DNA of 64,000 bases, taken from assembly GCA_029981435.1 (NCBI GenBank), contig JARRBB010000005.1:1934-65933 (forward strand), read 5' to 3'. Positions 10,046 to 19,216 of the stretch are shown here, one piece after another (position 1 is the first letter of the stretch; each line of letters begins with the position of its first letter). A program made the position numbers and the translations under genes. This DNA is from Thermotogaceae bacterium (lineage in GTDB: Bacteria > Thermotogota > Thermotogae > B21-G9 > HyVt-16). Below the pieces are notes generated by a model. The model was given only the letters and a program-made list of their open reading frames with translations. It had not been told where the DNA came from and made no database searches.

Positions 10046-13000
10046 TTAATCATTTAGCTCTATGACAGCCGTTTTATCAGTCAAAAGGTCAAATACAAAT
10101 TCCCGCATTATATTTTCACGAGTTATTCGATAATCTCTATCTGTTTCTATAGGGTAATAAGGAATTCTAATTATTCTATTGAAACGAATCAAATTCTTCT
10201 GGATTAAAAGTTTCACTTTACTGCTTGATGGTACATCTTCAAGGGTGATTTGATACCTTGAGCTGTATGACATTTTCAATTGGTCTTCAATTGCCGCGAG
10301 TAGTTCTTTCTGTCTCCAATCGAGAACACTGGTTTTACTTTCCTTGATTTTCTCAAAATCTCTGTTTACGTGTGTTAGAGAATTTCTGAATATATTTGTT
10401 TCTCCATATATAACGAAAGAAATAGGAATGTTTCTTTCAGTCAAAATCTGTAAGAGTTTATCAACAGAGTTCACACTTCCATTTGTTTTATCTTGCCAAT
10501 CTGAATCAAGACCATCTGTAATCACAACTATTCCATAGGGTATGTTTTTCACTACCTGTGAGTTCAAAAGCGTAAGTATAGTATCGTATAAAGGTGTATA
10601 GCCCCATACTTCTCTTCTTTGGAGCTTCCAGTTTTTATCAACTTTTCTGATCCAGTTAGAGTTGAAAACAAATATCTCGGTATTTTTGAAATTAGACTTG
10701 ATATTTTCTATTAGTTCCTCAAGTTCTTCTAAACTTTCTCCAGCTTGATCAGCAATACTGTCTGATAGATCAATTAATAGAAGTAGCTTCAATTCTTCAG
10801 GAAGGTTAACCTGGGGCTGGTAAATTTCTTCAATTTTAAACCTCAGCATTTTACCATCTCGATCCAAGATTTTTATATCCGAGTCAGATAATGGTAATGA
10901 AATTCTATTTTCATCTACAATTTTCAAATTTATCTTATCAGGCGCATCGAATATAACTTCACTTCTCTTCTTTAAGATACCTGATGGTTTTCTGTAGAAA
11001 GGAGAAACCCTGAAATCGAATATTTTTTCGGCTCCCTTGCAGGCTTTCAAAACCACCGGATAAGATCCATCAATTACATAGATATCTGTTTTATTGTTTT
11101 CGAAGCTATCATAGAAAAACCTTACAGGTGAATCCAATAATTCACCTGTCCTGTTGGAAATGTATCTGATTTTTGGAGAGGGTTTTATCATTTCAACCTG
11201 AATTTCTGTAGCTCTCTGATTGTTCTTAAATGTGCTATCCACAACTGTCAATATAGAATTTATTGTTGATATTCCTTTCACGTTCGAATTGAAGGTGCTA
11301 TCTTTCAAAAATAAATTCGAATTAACCATTCTTATGCCTTCTATATTTTTATCTGAATGTATCCCAGTTAAAGTAGCTGTAGAATCAAGGAAATAAAGTC
11401 CTGTTTTTCCATCATTAAAAGCAATACTATCTATCTTTATTATGGAAGATTCAGCTTCAACAGCAAAATCATATTTTGAGAATGTGGAATTCCGAATCTC
11501 TATTTCCGATCCCATTGCTCTCACAGGATTTTTGGTCGAGATGAAATTTGAATCTTCTACAATCAACTTACCTTTTTGGATTTCAATCACTTTGTTCAGA
11601 TTATCAAACTTCGAAGATATTATACTGACACTTGCATCTGTTGCCTGAACAAAAGAATCAAGATCCGAAAGCTCAAGTCCTCTTATTTCTACATAACTCC
11701 CCTCATATGCTTTTATTCCAAGCCATTTATTGTCAGTTATTTTAAGATTGTTAACCAACAATTTTCCATGAACCTGAATGGCTGAAATTTCGGAAAATAC
11801 CAATTCAACATCTTTACCTAATATAAGTTCTCCGTTTTTCAAAATTTGAATATCTTTCGAAATTAAATAAGGTCCTCCTTCTTTTGAAACAATAATCCGT
11901 TCATCTATCGTATCAGGAAGTTCATTTCGAGCAGGTAACACATCAAATCTTTTAGCATCAGATATTAAACTCTGATTGTGCTGACTGAAAGCTCTAACAG
12001 TAAATATATATTCACCAGGTTGTGGTAAAGCTATCAGTTCTTCCTTTTTTGGACTCTGAATGACTATAGAAAATTCAGAGGAATTGACATTGTATTCGAT
12101 ATAATCTCCGACAGCTTCTACTTTCACAAGGACTTCATTGACACCTGTTTGCCTTATTTCAAGTATCTTTGGTTTTGATAACGGTGTTTTGAATTTCAGT
12201 ATTTCTCTACGGAAACTTTTTCCAATATCATTAACCACTTCAGCACTGACAACATAATCTTTATCGAATTCAAGATCCTTCAATTCTAAATTCAGTTCGT
12301 TAGAACTACCTGAATACACTTCTTTATCGTTCAAATACAGATAAATTCTTCCATTGAATTTGGAAAACTTTAATTTCAAATTCACATCGTTTCCTTCGTT
12401 TAAATAATTCAATTCTTTCTCTAAAGTATCTGGTATCTTCGGAATATCGACTTTTAAAATTTTCTGTGACATGTTATCGTAATAATCCTTTGCAATAACT
12501 TTCACTTGGATTGAATCGGGAATATTTTCTGATTTTTCAAAATCGTAGACCACCAGATTCGTTCCTTCATAAGTTATAGATGCCGGTTCGCTGAGTGAGA
12601 CTATGTATCTTTCAACATCCTCTGATATCGAAGGAAGCCAGGAAATTTCAAGCTTACCTTCCTCATACTTTGCTTTAACTCCCATTGGTGGAATCGGTGG
12701 TGTAGCATCTACAAAAACGGTATAACTGCTTTCGAAGGTTTGGTTGAATTTATCGACAGTCTTTATAAATATTATGTGTTCACCATCCGTTAAATCGTGA
12801 ATTTCATTCGATTTTATCCATTCATTTTCATCGACTTTAACAAAGATTTCAACATCTTTCAATTTTGAAGGAATTTCTAAGTCCAGGTCCTTTTTGTTAT
12901 ATCTTTGAGGCAATTGAAGATCCAACACCGGTGCAGCAGGTTTGTAAAGTGTGAGAATCTTTCCAATGACACTTTCAAAAAACACAGGAACGATACTGTA

Positions 13001-13981
13001 AGAAGCCTCAGAAGTTTCCCAAGGTATTTCTATGAAATTATTCACAGTTTCATAGGTGTGATTCATAGAATCTTTTACAATGTATTTGATAGATTTATAA
13101 TACTTGTTTTCAGGTATCTTCCAGGAAATTTTGAGTTTCTTCGAAGCGACGTTCACATTCATGGTCGCATCTTCAATCTCAGGTAAATCTGGAAGCTCTA
13201 TCAAAATTTCGTTTTCACCCGATACTACAGTTGAAGTGTATGTGAGAACAGGATCACCATCTATAAGAATCTTGAAATCATAAACTCCTGGAATAATGTC
13301 TTTAGCTTCAAATTTGTAATCCTCAGTCAAGGTTGCTTCAGTACTGTCAAATTCTACTTTCATTCTTTCAGCTTCTATATCAAACGGCAAAATGATTCTT
13401 CCATAAAGATGGGCTGGTTCTCTGAATGGTCCTATTTCAACCTTATAAGATGCACCATAGATTTTGTTAAAAAACACGGGCTTTATTTCGTAAAGATGCG
13501 ATTCAAAAGGTCCAAACTCTTCTGTGTATTTTAATTCCGATGTGCTTCCAACTTTTTTTCCATCTTTGAACACTTCATAGACATCAGCTTTTATGTCTCC
13601 AGATACTTTCCAGGTTATTGTAAGTACTTTTCTGTTCTCATCATAAGAATAATCAACTTTGCTAATTTCCGGAGGATTAGGGAGCTCGAAAGAAAGTTGT
13701 TTGTTTTCATCAGAAACACTTAACTCTTTCTCCAGTATTTTAGTTTGATAGAAATAAATCTCAAAATTGTGAGAACCTTTTTTTATACGTGGTATAAGGA
13801 CCTTCCAGTCATTAACAGGGTACTCTTTATCATCTATTTTTATTAAAAGGTTCTCCTGATCAAAAATTCCGGAGGTTTTAATATTCAAAGTAAGCTCGGT
13901 ATAATTTAAAAATTGAAATATAAGAACTAAGATTATTACAACCCCAACTATTGAGGCTATTAAAAGCCAGTATTTTCTCAT
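10046..13981 (-). CDS. Large membrane-anchored surface protein: Ig/FN3-like modules, right-handed beta-helix, C-terminal vWA domain
   Basis: Single N-terminal TM; FN3-like VDATPPIPP...LEISWLPS and YIFTVRA; repetitive I.DS.F..N beta-helix rungs; MIDAS residues LLIDLSDS...TPLYD...ITDG. Confidence 0.75.
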   Translation of the reverse strand: MRKYWLLIASIVGVVIILVLIFQFLNYTELTLNIKTSGIFDQENLLIKIDDKEYPVNDWKVLIPRIKKGSHNFEIYFYQTKILEKELSVSDENKQLSFELPNPPEISKVDYSYDENRKVLTITWKVSGDIKADVYEVFKDGKKVGSTSELKYTEEFGPFESHLYEIKPVFFNKIYGASYKVEIGPFREPAHLYGRIILPFDIEAERMKVEFDSTEATLTEDYKFEAKDIIPGVYDFKILIDGDPVLTYTSTVVSGENEILIELPDLPEIEDATMNVNVASKKLKISWKIPENKYYKSIKYIVKDSMNHTYETVNNFIEIPWETSEASYSIVPVFFESVIGKILTLYKPAAPVLDLQLPQRYNKKDLDLEIPSKLKDVEIFVKVDENEWIKSNEIHDLTDGEHIIFIKTVDKFNQTFESSYTVFVDATPPIPPMGVKAKYEEGKLEISWLPSISEDVERYIVSLSEPASITYEGTNLVVYDFEKSENIPDSIQVKVIAKDYYDNMSQKILKVDIPKIPDTLEKELNYLNEGNDVNLKLKFSKFNGRIYLYLNDKEVYSGSSNELNLELKDLEFDKDYVVSAEVVNDIGKSFRREILKFKTPLSKPKILEIRQTGVNEVLVKVEAVGDYIEYNVNSSEFSIVIQSPKKEELIALPQPGEYIFTVRAFSQHNQSLISDAKRFDVLPARNELPDTIDERIIVSKEGGPYLISKDIQILKNGELILGKDVELVFSEISAIQVHGKLLVNNLKITDNKWLGIKAYEGSYVEIRGLELSDLDSFVQATDASVSIISSKFDNLNKVIEIQKGKLIVEDSNFISTKNPVRAMGSEIEIRNSTFSKYDFAVEAESSIIKIDSIAFNDGKTGLYFLDSTATLTGIHSDKNIEGIRMVNSNLFLKDSTFNSNVKGISTINSILTVVDSTFKNNQRATEIQVEMIKPSPKIRYISNRTGELLDSPVRFFYDSFENNKTDIYVIDGSYPVVLKACKGAEKIFDFRVSPFYRKPSGILKKRSEVIFDAPDKINLKIVDENRISLPLSDSDIKILDRDGKMLRFKIEEIYQPQVNLPEELKLLLLIDLSDSIADQAGESLEELEELIENIKSNFKNTEIFVFNSNWIRKVDKNWKLQRREVWGYTPLYDTILTLLNSQVVKNIPYGIVVITDGLDSDWQDKTNGSVNSVDKLLQILTERNIPISFVIYGETNIFRNSLTHVNRDFEKIKESKTSVLDWRQKELLAAIEDQLKMSYSSRYQITLEDVPSSSKVKLLIQKNLIRFNRIIRIPYYPIETDRDYRITRENIMREFVFDLLTDKTAVIELND

Positions 13982-14016
13982 AATTTCCCCCCACTCTCTG
14001 AAACTTTTATACTAAG

Positions 14017-14066
14017 ATTATAGCATTTTTGAATCTTTGAGTTTGTGAACGTTGTTGTGTTAAAAT
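14017..14066. promoter_or_regulatory. Divergent promoters for the surface protein and bglA
   Basis: Minus strand TGcTATAAT (14025-14017); plus strand TTGAGT-18 nt-TAAAAT with a TG extension (14037-14066). Confidence 0.55.
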
Positions 14067-14111
14067 TAAGTGTAATCTAACATGACTTTATTCAATAAAG
14101 GAGGAATTGAA

Positions 14112-15443
14112 ATGGTCGGAAAATTTCCTGATGGTTTCATTTGGGGCGTTGCGACTGCTTCCTATCAAATTGAAGGCTCTCCATTGGCAGATGGAGCAGG
14201 AATGTCTATCTGGCATACATTTTCGCATACACCTGGAAACATCAAAAATGGTGATACAGGAGATATTGCCTGTGATCATTACAAAAGATACAAAGAAGAT
14301 GTAGAACTGATGAAAGAGCTCGGAGTAAAAGGTTATAGATTTTCCATAAGTTGGCCGAGAATATTTCCAAAAGGTTCTGGCGAGATAAATCAGAAAGGAT
14401 TGGATTTTTACAACAGATTAATAGACGAGTTACTGAGTAAGGATATTATACCTTTTATCACCATATATCATTGGGATTTGCCTTTTGAATTACAGCTCAA
14501 AGGTGGATGGGCTAACAGGGATATAGCAGACAGATTTGCTGAATACTCTAAAGTACTTTTTGAAAATTTTGGTGATAGAGTAAAACATTGGATAACCCTC
14601 AACGAACCCTGGGTTGTAGCTTTTGTTGGGCACCTCTTTGGAATCCACGCTCCTGGAATGAAAGACATATTTGTCACTTTTCATGTTGTACACAACCTTC
14701 TAAGAGCACATGCTAAAGCTGTCGAAGTTTTCAGGAATACTGTAACCGATGGTAAGATCGGTATAACACTTAACAACACTGCTGTTACGCCTGCAAGTGA
14801 TAGTCCCGAAGATAAACTTGCCGCTGAAACGATGCATCAGATGAACAACTATCCGCTGTTTCTGAATCCGATTTTCAAAGGCAATTATCCCGATAGAGTC
14901 CTTGAAAATGCCAGACAATTTTTACCAGAGAATTTTGAAGAAGATCTTCCGGAGATTCAAAAATCCATAGATTTTGTTGGTATAAACTATTATTCTGGTT
15001 CCTTGGTTAAATACGATCCAGAATCACCAATGATGAAAATCAAAGTTGTTCCAAGAGATCTTCCAAAAACCGAGATGGGTTGGGAAATCGAACCAGAGGG
15101 ATTTTACAGAATATTGAAAGGTGTACATGACGAATATTCTCCAAAAGAGATCTATGTAACCGAAAATGGAGCAGCCTTTGATGATACTGTCGAAGATGGT
15201 AAAGTTCACGATGAAAACAGAATAGATTACCTCAGAAAACATTTTGAACAGGCACTTAGGGCTATTGAAGACGGTGTCAGGTTGAAAGGATATTTTGTCT
15301 GGTCTTTACTCGATAATTTTGAATGGGCCGAAGGATACTCAAAAAGATTTGGCTTGGTTTACGTTGATTATCCTACTCAAGGACGTATACTCAAAGATAG
15401 TGCAAAGTGGTACAAAGATGTAATCAAAAACAACGGTTTCTAA
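14112..15443 (+). CDS. bglA: GH1 beta-glucosidase
   Basis: FPDGFIWGVATASYQIEG, catalytic TLNEP and VTENG, WSLLDNFEWAEG. Closely resembles Thermotoga BglA. ATG 14112 follows AAAGGAGG. Confidence 0.95.
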   Translation: MVGKFPDGFIWGVATASYQIEGSPLADGAGMSIWHTFSHTPGNIKNGDTGDIACDHYKRYKEDVELMKELGVKGYRFSISWPRIFPKGSGEINQKGLDFYNRLIDELLSKDIIPFITIYHWDLPFELQLKGGWANRDIADRFAEYSKVLFENFGDRVKHWITLNEPWVVAFVGHLFGIHAPGMKDIFVTFHVVHNLLRAHAKAVEVFRNTVTDGKIGITLNNTAVTPASDSPEDKLAAETMHQMNNYPLFLNPIFKGNYPDRVLENARQFLPENFEEDLPEIQKSIDFVGINYYSGSLVKYDPESPMMKIKVVPRDLPKTEMGWEIEPEGFYRILKGVHDEYSPKEIYVTENGAAFDDTVEDGKVHDENRIDYLRKHFEQALRAIEDGVRLKGYFVWSLLDNFEWAEGYSKRFGLVYVDYPTQGRILKDSAKWYKDVIKNNGF

Positions 15444-15506
15444 ATTCTATGATATGAGTACTCATGATAAAATAAGGCTATGCATCTGGGAATGAGGTGA
15501 TACTTA

Positions 15507-15761
15507 ATGGATAAAGATTCCATAATCTTGCGTTTGAAAAAGGTAGAAGGACAGGTAAGAGGTATAAGGAATATGGTAGAAAGCGAAAGAGATTGCAAGG
15601 ATATTTTAATACAGGTTACAGCGGCAAAGTCAGCCCTGAACAAAATAGCCGAGGAAATAATGAGAGATTACACAGTGAAATGTCTTGGAGAAATTCAGGA
15701 TGCTGATAAGGTTAAAGTTGATGATCTTGTGAAAACTATAGTTAGATTCATAAAAGGTTGA
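15507..15761 (+). CDS. CsoR/RcnR/FrmR family transcriptional repressor
   Basis: RLKKVEGQVRGIRNMVE..RDCKDILIQVTAAKSAL signature. Confidence 0.9.
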   Translation: MDKDSIILRLKKVEGQVRGIRNMVESERDCKDILIQVTAAKSALNKIAEEIMRDYTVKCLGEIQDADKVKVDDLVKTIVRFIKG

Positions 15762-15773
15762 AAGGGGAAGAGA

Positions 15774-16562
15774 ATGCCTTTAAATTACGGTGATGATGTT
15801 GTAATAATGTTTGATGATGGTTCAACTTATCTCATCAAATTAAATGAAAACTCTCAATTCGGTACTCATAAGGGAAACATAAAACATTCAGAATTGGTGA
15901 ATAGAAATTTTGGTGATGTTTTTGAACTGAACGGAACGTATGTATACATACTTGAGCCAACAATCGTAGATTACATATTCAAAATGAAAAGAAGAACACA
16001 GATAGTTTATCCAAAAGATAGTGGTTTTGTACTGTTGATGCTTGACATAAAAGAGGGCGATAGAGTTATAGATGCGGGTGTTGGCAGTGGTGCAATGTGT
16101 GGACTTTTAGCAAGGTATGTTGGAAATACGGGTAGAGTATTTGCTTACGAAAGAAGAGAAGATTTTATAGAACTTGCAAAAAAAAATCTTGAAAGATGGG
16201 GATTGCTCAACAGAGTAGAATTTAAAAACAGAGATATTTCAGAAGGATTTGACGAGGAAAACGTTGATGCATTCTTTCTTGATGTTCCAGATCCGATACC
16301 ACATATAGGAAACGTCTGGAAAGTTCTGAAAGGATCTGGCAGACTGGCAGTGCTGTGTCCAACGACGAATCAGGTTCAAGATGTTATCAAAAAAATGCAA
16401 CAAACAGGTTTTGCTCGAATAGAAGTTTGGGAAAACCTTTTCAGACAGTACAAACCTAATCCAAAAAGGCTGAGGCCATTTGATAGGATGGTTGCACATA
16501 CCGCTTATCTGGTTTTTGGCATCAAAATCAATCAGGAAGAAAAGGGAGTTGATAGCAAATGA
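15774..16562 (+). CDS. trmI: tRNA (adenine-57/58-N1)-methyltransferase
   Basis: MKRRTQIVYPKD, DAGVGSG, FLDVPDP, LRPFDRMVAHTAYL. Confidence 0.92.
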   Translation: MPLNYGDDVVIMFDDGSTYLIKLNENSQFGTHKGNIKHSELVNRNFGDVFELNGTYVYILEPTIVDYIFKMKRRTQIVYPKDSGFVLLMLDIKEGDRVIDAGVGSGAMCGLLARYVGNTGRVFAYERREDFIELAKKNLERWGLLNRVEFKNRDISEGFDEENVDAFFLDVPDPIPHIGNVWKVLKGSGRLAVLCPTTNQVQDVIKKMQQTGFARIEVWENLFRQYKPNPKRLRPFDRMVAHTAYLVFGIKINQEEKGVDSK

Positions 16563-17830
16563 AGAGATTCTTGAAAGCATTCGTGGTTTTGCTCATTGTT
16601 TTCAGCATCATACTTGGTGCTTGGTCAAGTTCTGCAAAGCTGAAAATGGATGAACTTTACAAAAAATTCCAGCCTTTTTTTGAAACGCTGTTTTATATAA
16701 ACAACGAATTCTACGAAAACGAAAAAGTTGATTACGACAAATTGCTCGATGAATCAATAAGAGGATTACTCTCAGGATTGGATGATCCCTACAGTAATTA
16801 TTTCAATCCTCAAGAAAAGATAGAGACAGAGATAGATACGAAGTCAAAGTACGGTGGATTGGGAATGGAAGTTACTTACGACGCTAAGTATAAGGCTATA
16901 CGAGTGGTTACTCCCATGGACAATACACCAGCTGAAAAAGCAGGATTGAAACCGGGTGATCTGATAATAACTATAGATGGCTCTCCCGTTAACAAAATGA
17001 GTTATCTGGAAGCAGTGAATCACTTGAGAGGCGAACCTGGCACAAAAGTTAAGATTGAGATTTATCGTGAAGATGAACAAAAAACGTTTGAAATTGTAGT
17101 TGAAAGAGCTTTGATAAACATAAAAACTGTTAAATACGAAGTTATAGACACACCTGTTGGAAAAGTGGGATATCTGAGATTGGTAAGATTCAGTGAACCA
17201 TCTTCACAAGAGATGGACAACGCCCTTAATGAACTCCTTAAGCGGAACATTGTTGGGCTTCTTTTTGATCTAAGAAATAACCCTGGCGGACTTTTGAGTG
17301 CGGCAATAGAGGTTGCAAGCAAATTTATAGATGAAGGGCCAATAGTAAAGGTTACCGGGACAAATAATTTTTCGAAAACCTACAATTCTCTTGGTAACGA
17401 TTATCCAAATTTACCAATGGTTGTACTTGTCAACAAAGGGAGTGCTTCAGCAAGCGAAATAGTCACAGGAGCTTTAAAAGATCACAGAATAGCCACAGTC
17501 GTGGGTGAAACAACCTTCGGTAAAGCTGCCGTTCAGACGGTTTTGCCATTATCCAACGGTGCAGAAATTTGGTTAACCACTGCTCATTATTTCACCCCTT
17601 CTGGACTTGATATTCATAGAAAAGGTATAGAACCTGATGTTGTTGTAAAAGCTGTTCAGGAAAATGACAGTAAAAGCGCAACTGATACAACGGCAGTTTC
17701 AACTGATATAGAAGGAAAATATTTAACAACCACCAAGGCCGTTATAGATCTTGAAAAAGATGCTCAATTGAGAAAAGCTCTCGAAATAATAATAAACAAA
17801 ATCACTGAAGGGTTGATACAGGCAGGCTGA
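16559..17830 (+). CDS. ctpA: C-terminal processing peptidase (S41) with PDZ domain
   Basis: Signal/TM, LDDPYS, YGGLG, DLRNNPGGLL, catalytic SASASEI and TFGK. Confidence 0.92.
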   Translation: MKRFLKAFVVLLIVFSIILGAWSSSAKLKMDELYKKFQPFFETLFYINNEFYENEKVDYDKLLDESIRGLLSGLDDPYSNYFNPQEKIETEIDTKSKYGGLGMEVTYDAKYKAIRVVTPMDNTPAEKAGLKPGDLIITIDGSPVNKMSYLEAVNHLRGEPGTKVKIEIYREDEQKTFEIVVERALINIKTVKYEVIDTPVGKVGYLRLVRFSEPSSQEMDNALNELLKRNIVGLLFDLRNNPGGLLSAAIEVASKFIDEGPIVKVTGTNNFSKTYNSLGNDYPNLPMVVLVNKGSASASEIVTGALKDHRIATVVGETTFGKAAVQTVLPLSNGAEIWLTTAHYFTPSGLDIHRKGIEPDVVVKAVQENDSKSATDTTAVSTDIEGKYLTTTKAVIDLEKDAQLRKALEIIINKITEGLIQAG

Positions 17831-18360
17831 TGTTGAAACTTTTTGAGGATATATTCGATGTCATATTCAATCCTGTTATCTTTTTTAAGAAAAAGTGTCT
17901 AAAACCTGATTTGAAAAGAGCCATGTTCAGCTTTATTTTAAGTTTGTTGACATTGGTTGTTGCTTCTATGCCAGTTTTTCGTTACATACTTTTGCCTTTG
18001 AACGAATTAGAAGCCTTTATGTTAGTTACTGTAATAACTGTTTTATATTTTCTATTAAGTGCGGGCCTGTATCTTTTGGTCTTTGAGATGTCTGATAGAA
18101 ACTTAGTTGCGAGAAAACTTATGTTTACTTTTATTCCATTCATGTTTTTACCTGTTTCGATCATTTTTTTGGATTTTTCAAGTTTTACCTTCAAAGCTAT
18201 TGGAATTGGTGTGTTAGTGATCATATTTTTCTGGACATTTTTTCTCGAAAGACTGGCACTTTTTCCCGATGGATTTTCTGAAAATAAAAAAAAGCATCTT
18301 TTAATAAAGATTTTGAAGGATGGAACGATGGCTTTTTTACTGATTTTATTCATAAACTAA
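17830..18360 (+). CDS. Hypothetical membrane protein (possibly Yip1-like)
   Basis: About 5 TM segments; N-terminal VIFNPVIFF; translationally coupled to ctpA. Confidence 0.6.
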   Translation: MLKLFEDIFDVIFNPVIFFKKKCLKPDLKRAMFSFILSLLTLVVASMPVFRYILLPLNELEAFMLVTVITVLYFLLSAGLYLLVFEMSDRNLVARKLMFTFIPFMFLPVSIIFLDFSSFTFKAIGIGVLVIIFFWTFFLERLALFPDGFSENKKKHLLIKILKDGTMAFLLILFIN

Positions 18361-18379
18361 TCAACAGGGGGTGTCAACT

Positions 18380-19126
18380 ATGAGAAAGCTTCTTGTCTTG
18401 GCGATTCTTTCATCAATAATGTTTGTGGCAGTTTTTGGAGGAATAATCGACGAAATCAAATCCAGAGGTTATCTTGTTGTTGGAACAGAAGCGACTTTTC
18501 CACCGTTTGAATATTACAACGAAAACAACGAAATAGTCGGCTTTGACATCGATATAGCAAGAAAGATAGCAGAAGCACTTGGAGTAGAATTGAAAGTGGT
18601 TGATACAGCTTTTGACGGATTGATACCAAGTCTTCTGACGAAAAAGCTTGACATGGTTATAGCAGGTATGACCATAACCGAAGAAAGGGCGAAGGTTGTC
18701 GCTTTTTCTGAACCTTATTTCACAGCTGGGCAGGTTATAGTTGTTAGAAAGGGAAGTACACCTATAAAAGATTTCGAGGGACTTAAAGGGAAAGTTGTAG
18801 CAGTGCAGCTTGGAACAACTGGGGATCTTGTAGTTTCAGAACTCAAAGGCATCAAGGAAGTGAGAAGATTTGAAAAGTTCACAGATGCATTCCTTGAGCT
18901 TAAAAATAGAAGAGTTGATGCGGTTGTACTGGATTCTGCTGTTGCAAAGGCATACGTTTTGAGCAATCCGAATCTTGAGATAACCAGCGACGTTCTGAGT
19001 TCTGAACAGTATGGTATAGCTGTAAGAAAAGAAGACAAAGACCTTCTTGAATTCATCAACAAAGTACTCGCAGATATGAGGAAGAGTCCTTACGATCTTC
19101 TGATAGAAAAATGGTTTGCTGAATGA
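18380..19126 (+). CDS. Polar amino-acid ABC transporter substrate-binding protein (family 3)
   Basis: VGTEATFPPFEY, GFDIDIA, FDGLIPSL, AVQLGTTG, EQYGIAVRK. Confidence 0.92.
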   Translation: MRKLLVLAILSSIMFVAVFGGIIDEIKSRGYLVVGTEATFPPFEYYNENNEIVGFDIDIARKIAEALGVELKVVDTAFDGLIPSLLTKKLDMVIAGMTITEERAKVVAFSEPYFTAGQVIVVRKGSTPIKDFEGLKGKVVAVQLGTTGDLVVSELKGIKEVRRFEKFTDAFLELKNRRVDAVVLDSAVAKAYVLSNPNLEITSDVLSSEQYGIAVRKEDKDLLEFINKVLADMRKSPYDLLIEKWFAE

Positions 19127-19156
19127 TTTTTCAGGGTTCTGATATAATATTAAAGC

Positions 19157-19189
19157 CTGGGATGAGGCAAGAAACTCATCCCAGATTTT
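19157..19189 (+). terminator. Hairpin; probable terminator or 5' stabiliser
   Basis: Perfect 10-bp stem CTGGGATGAG/CTCATCCCAG followed by ATTTT. Confidence 0.5.
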
Positions 19190-19216
19190 AATTAAAAAAT
19201 TGTAGGAGGTGTAATA

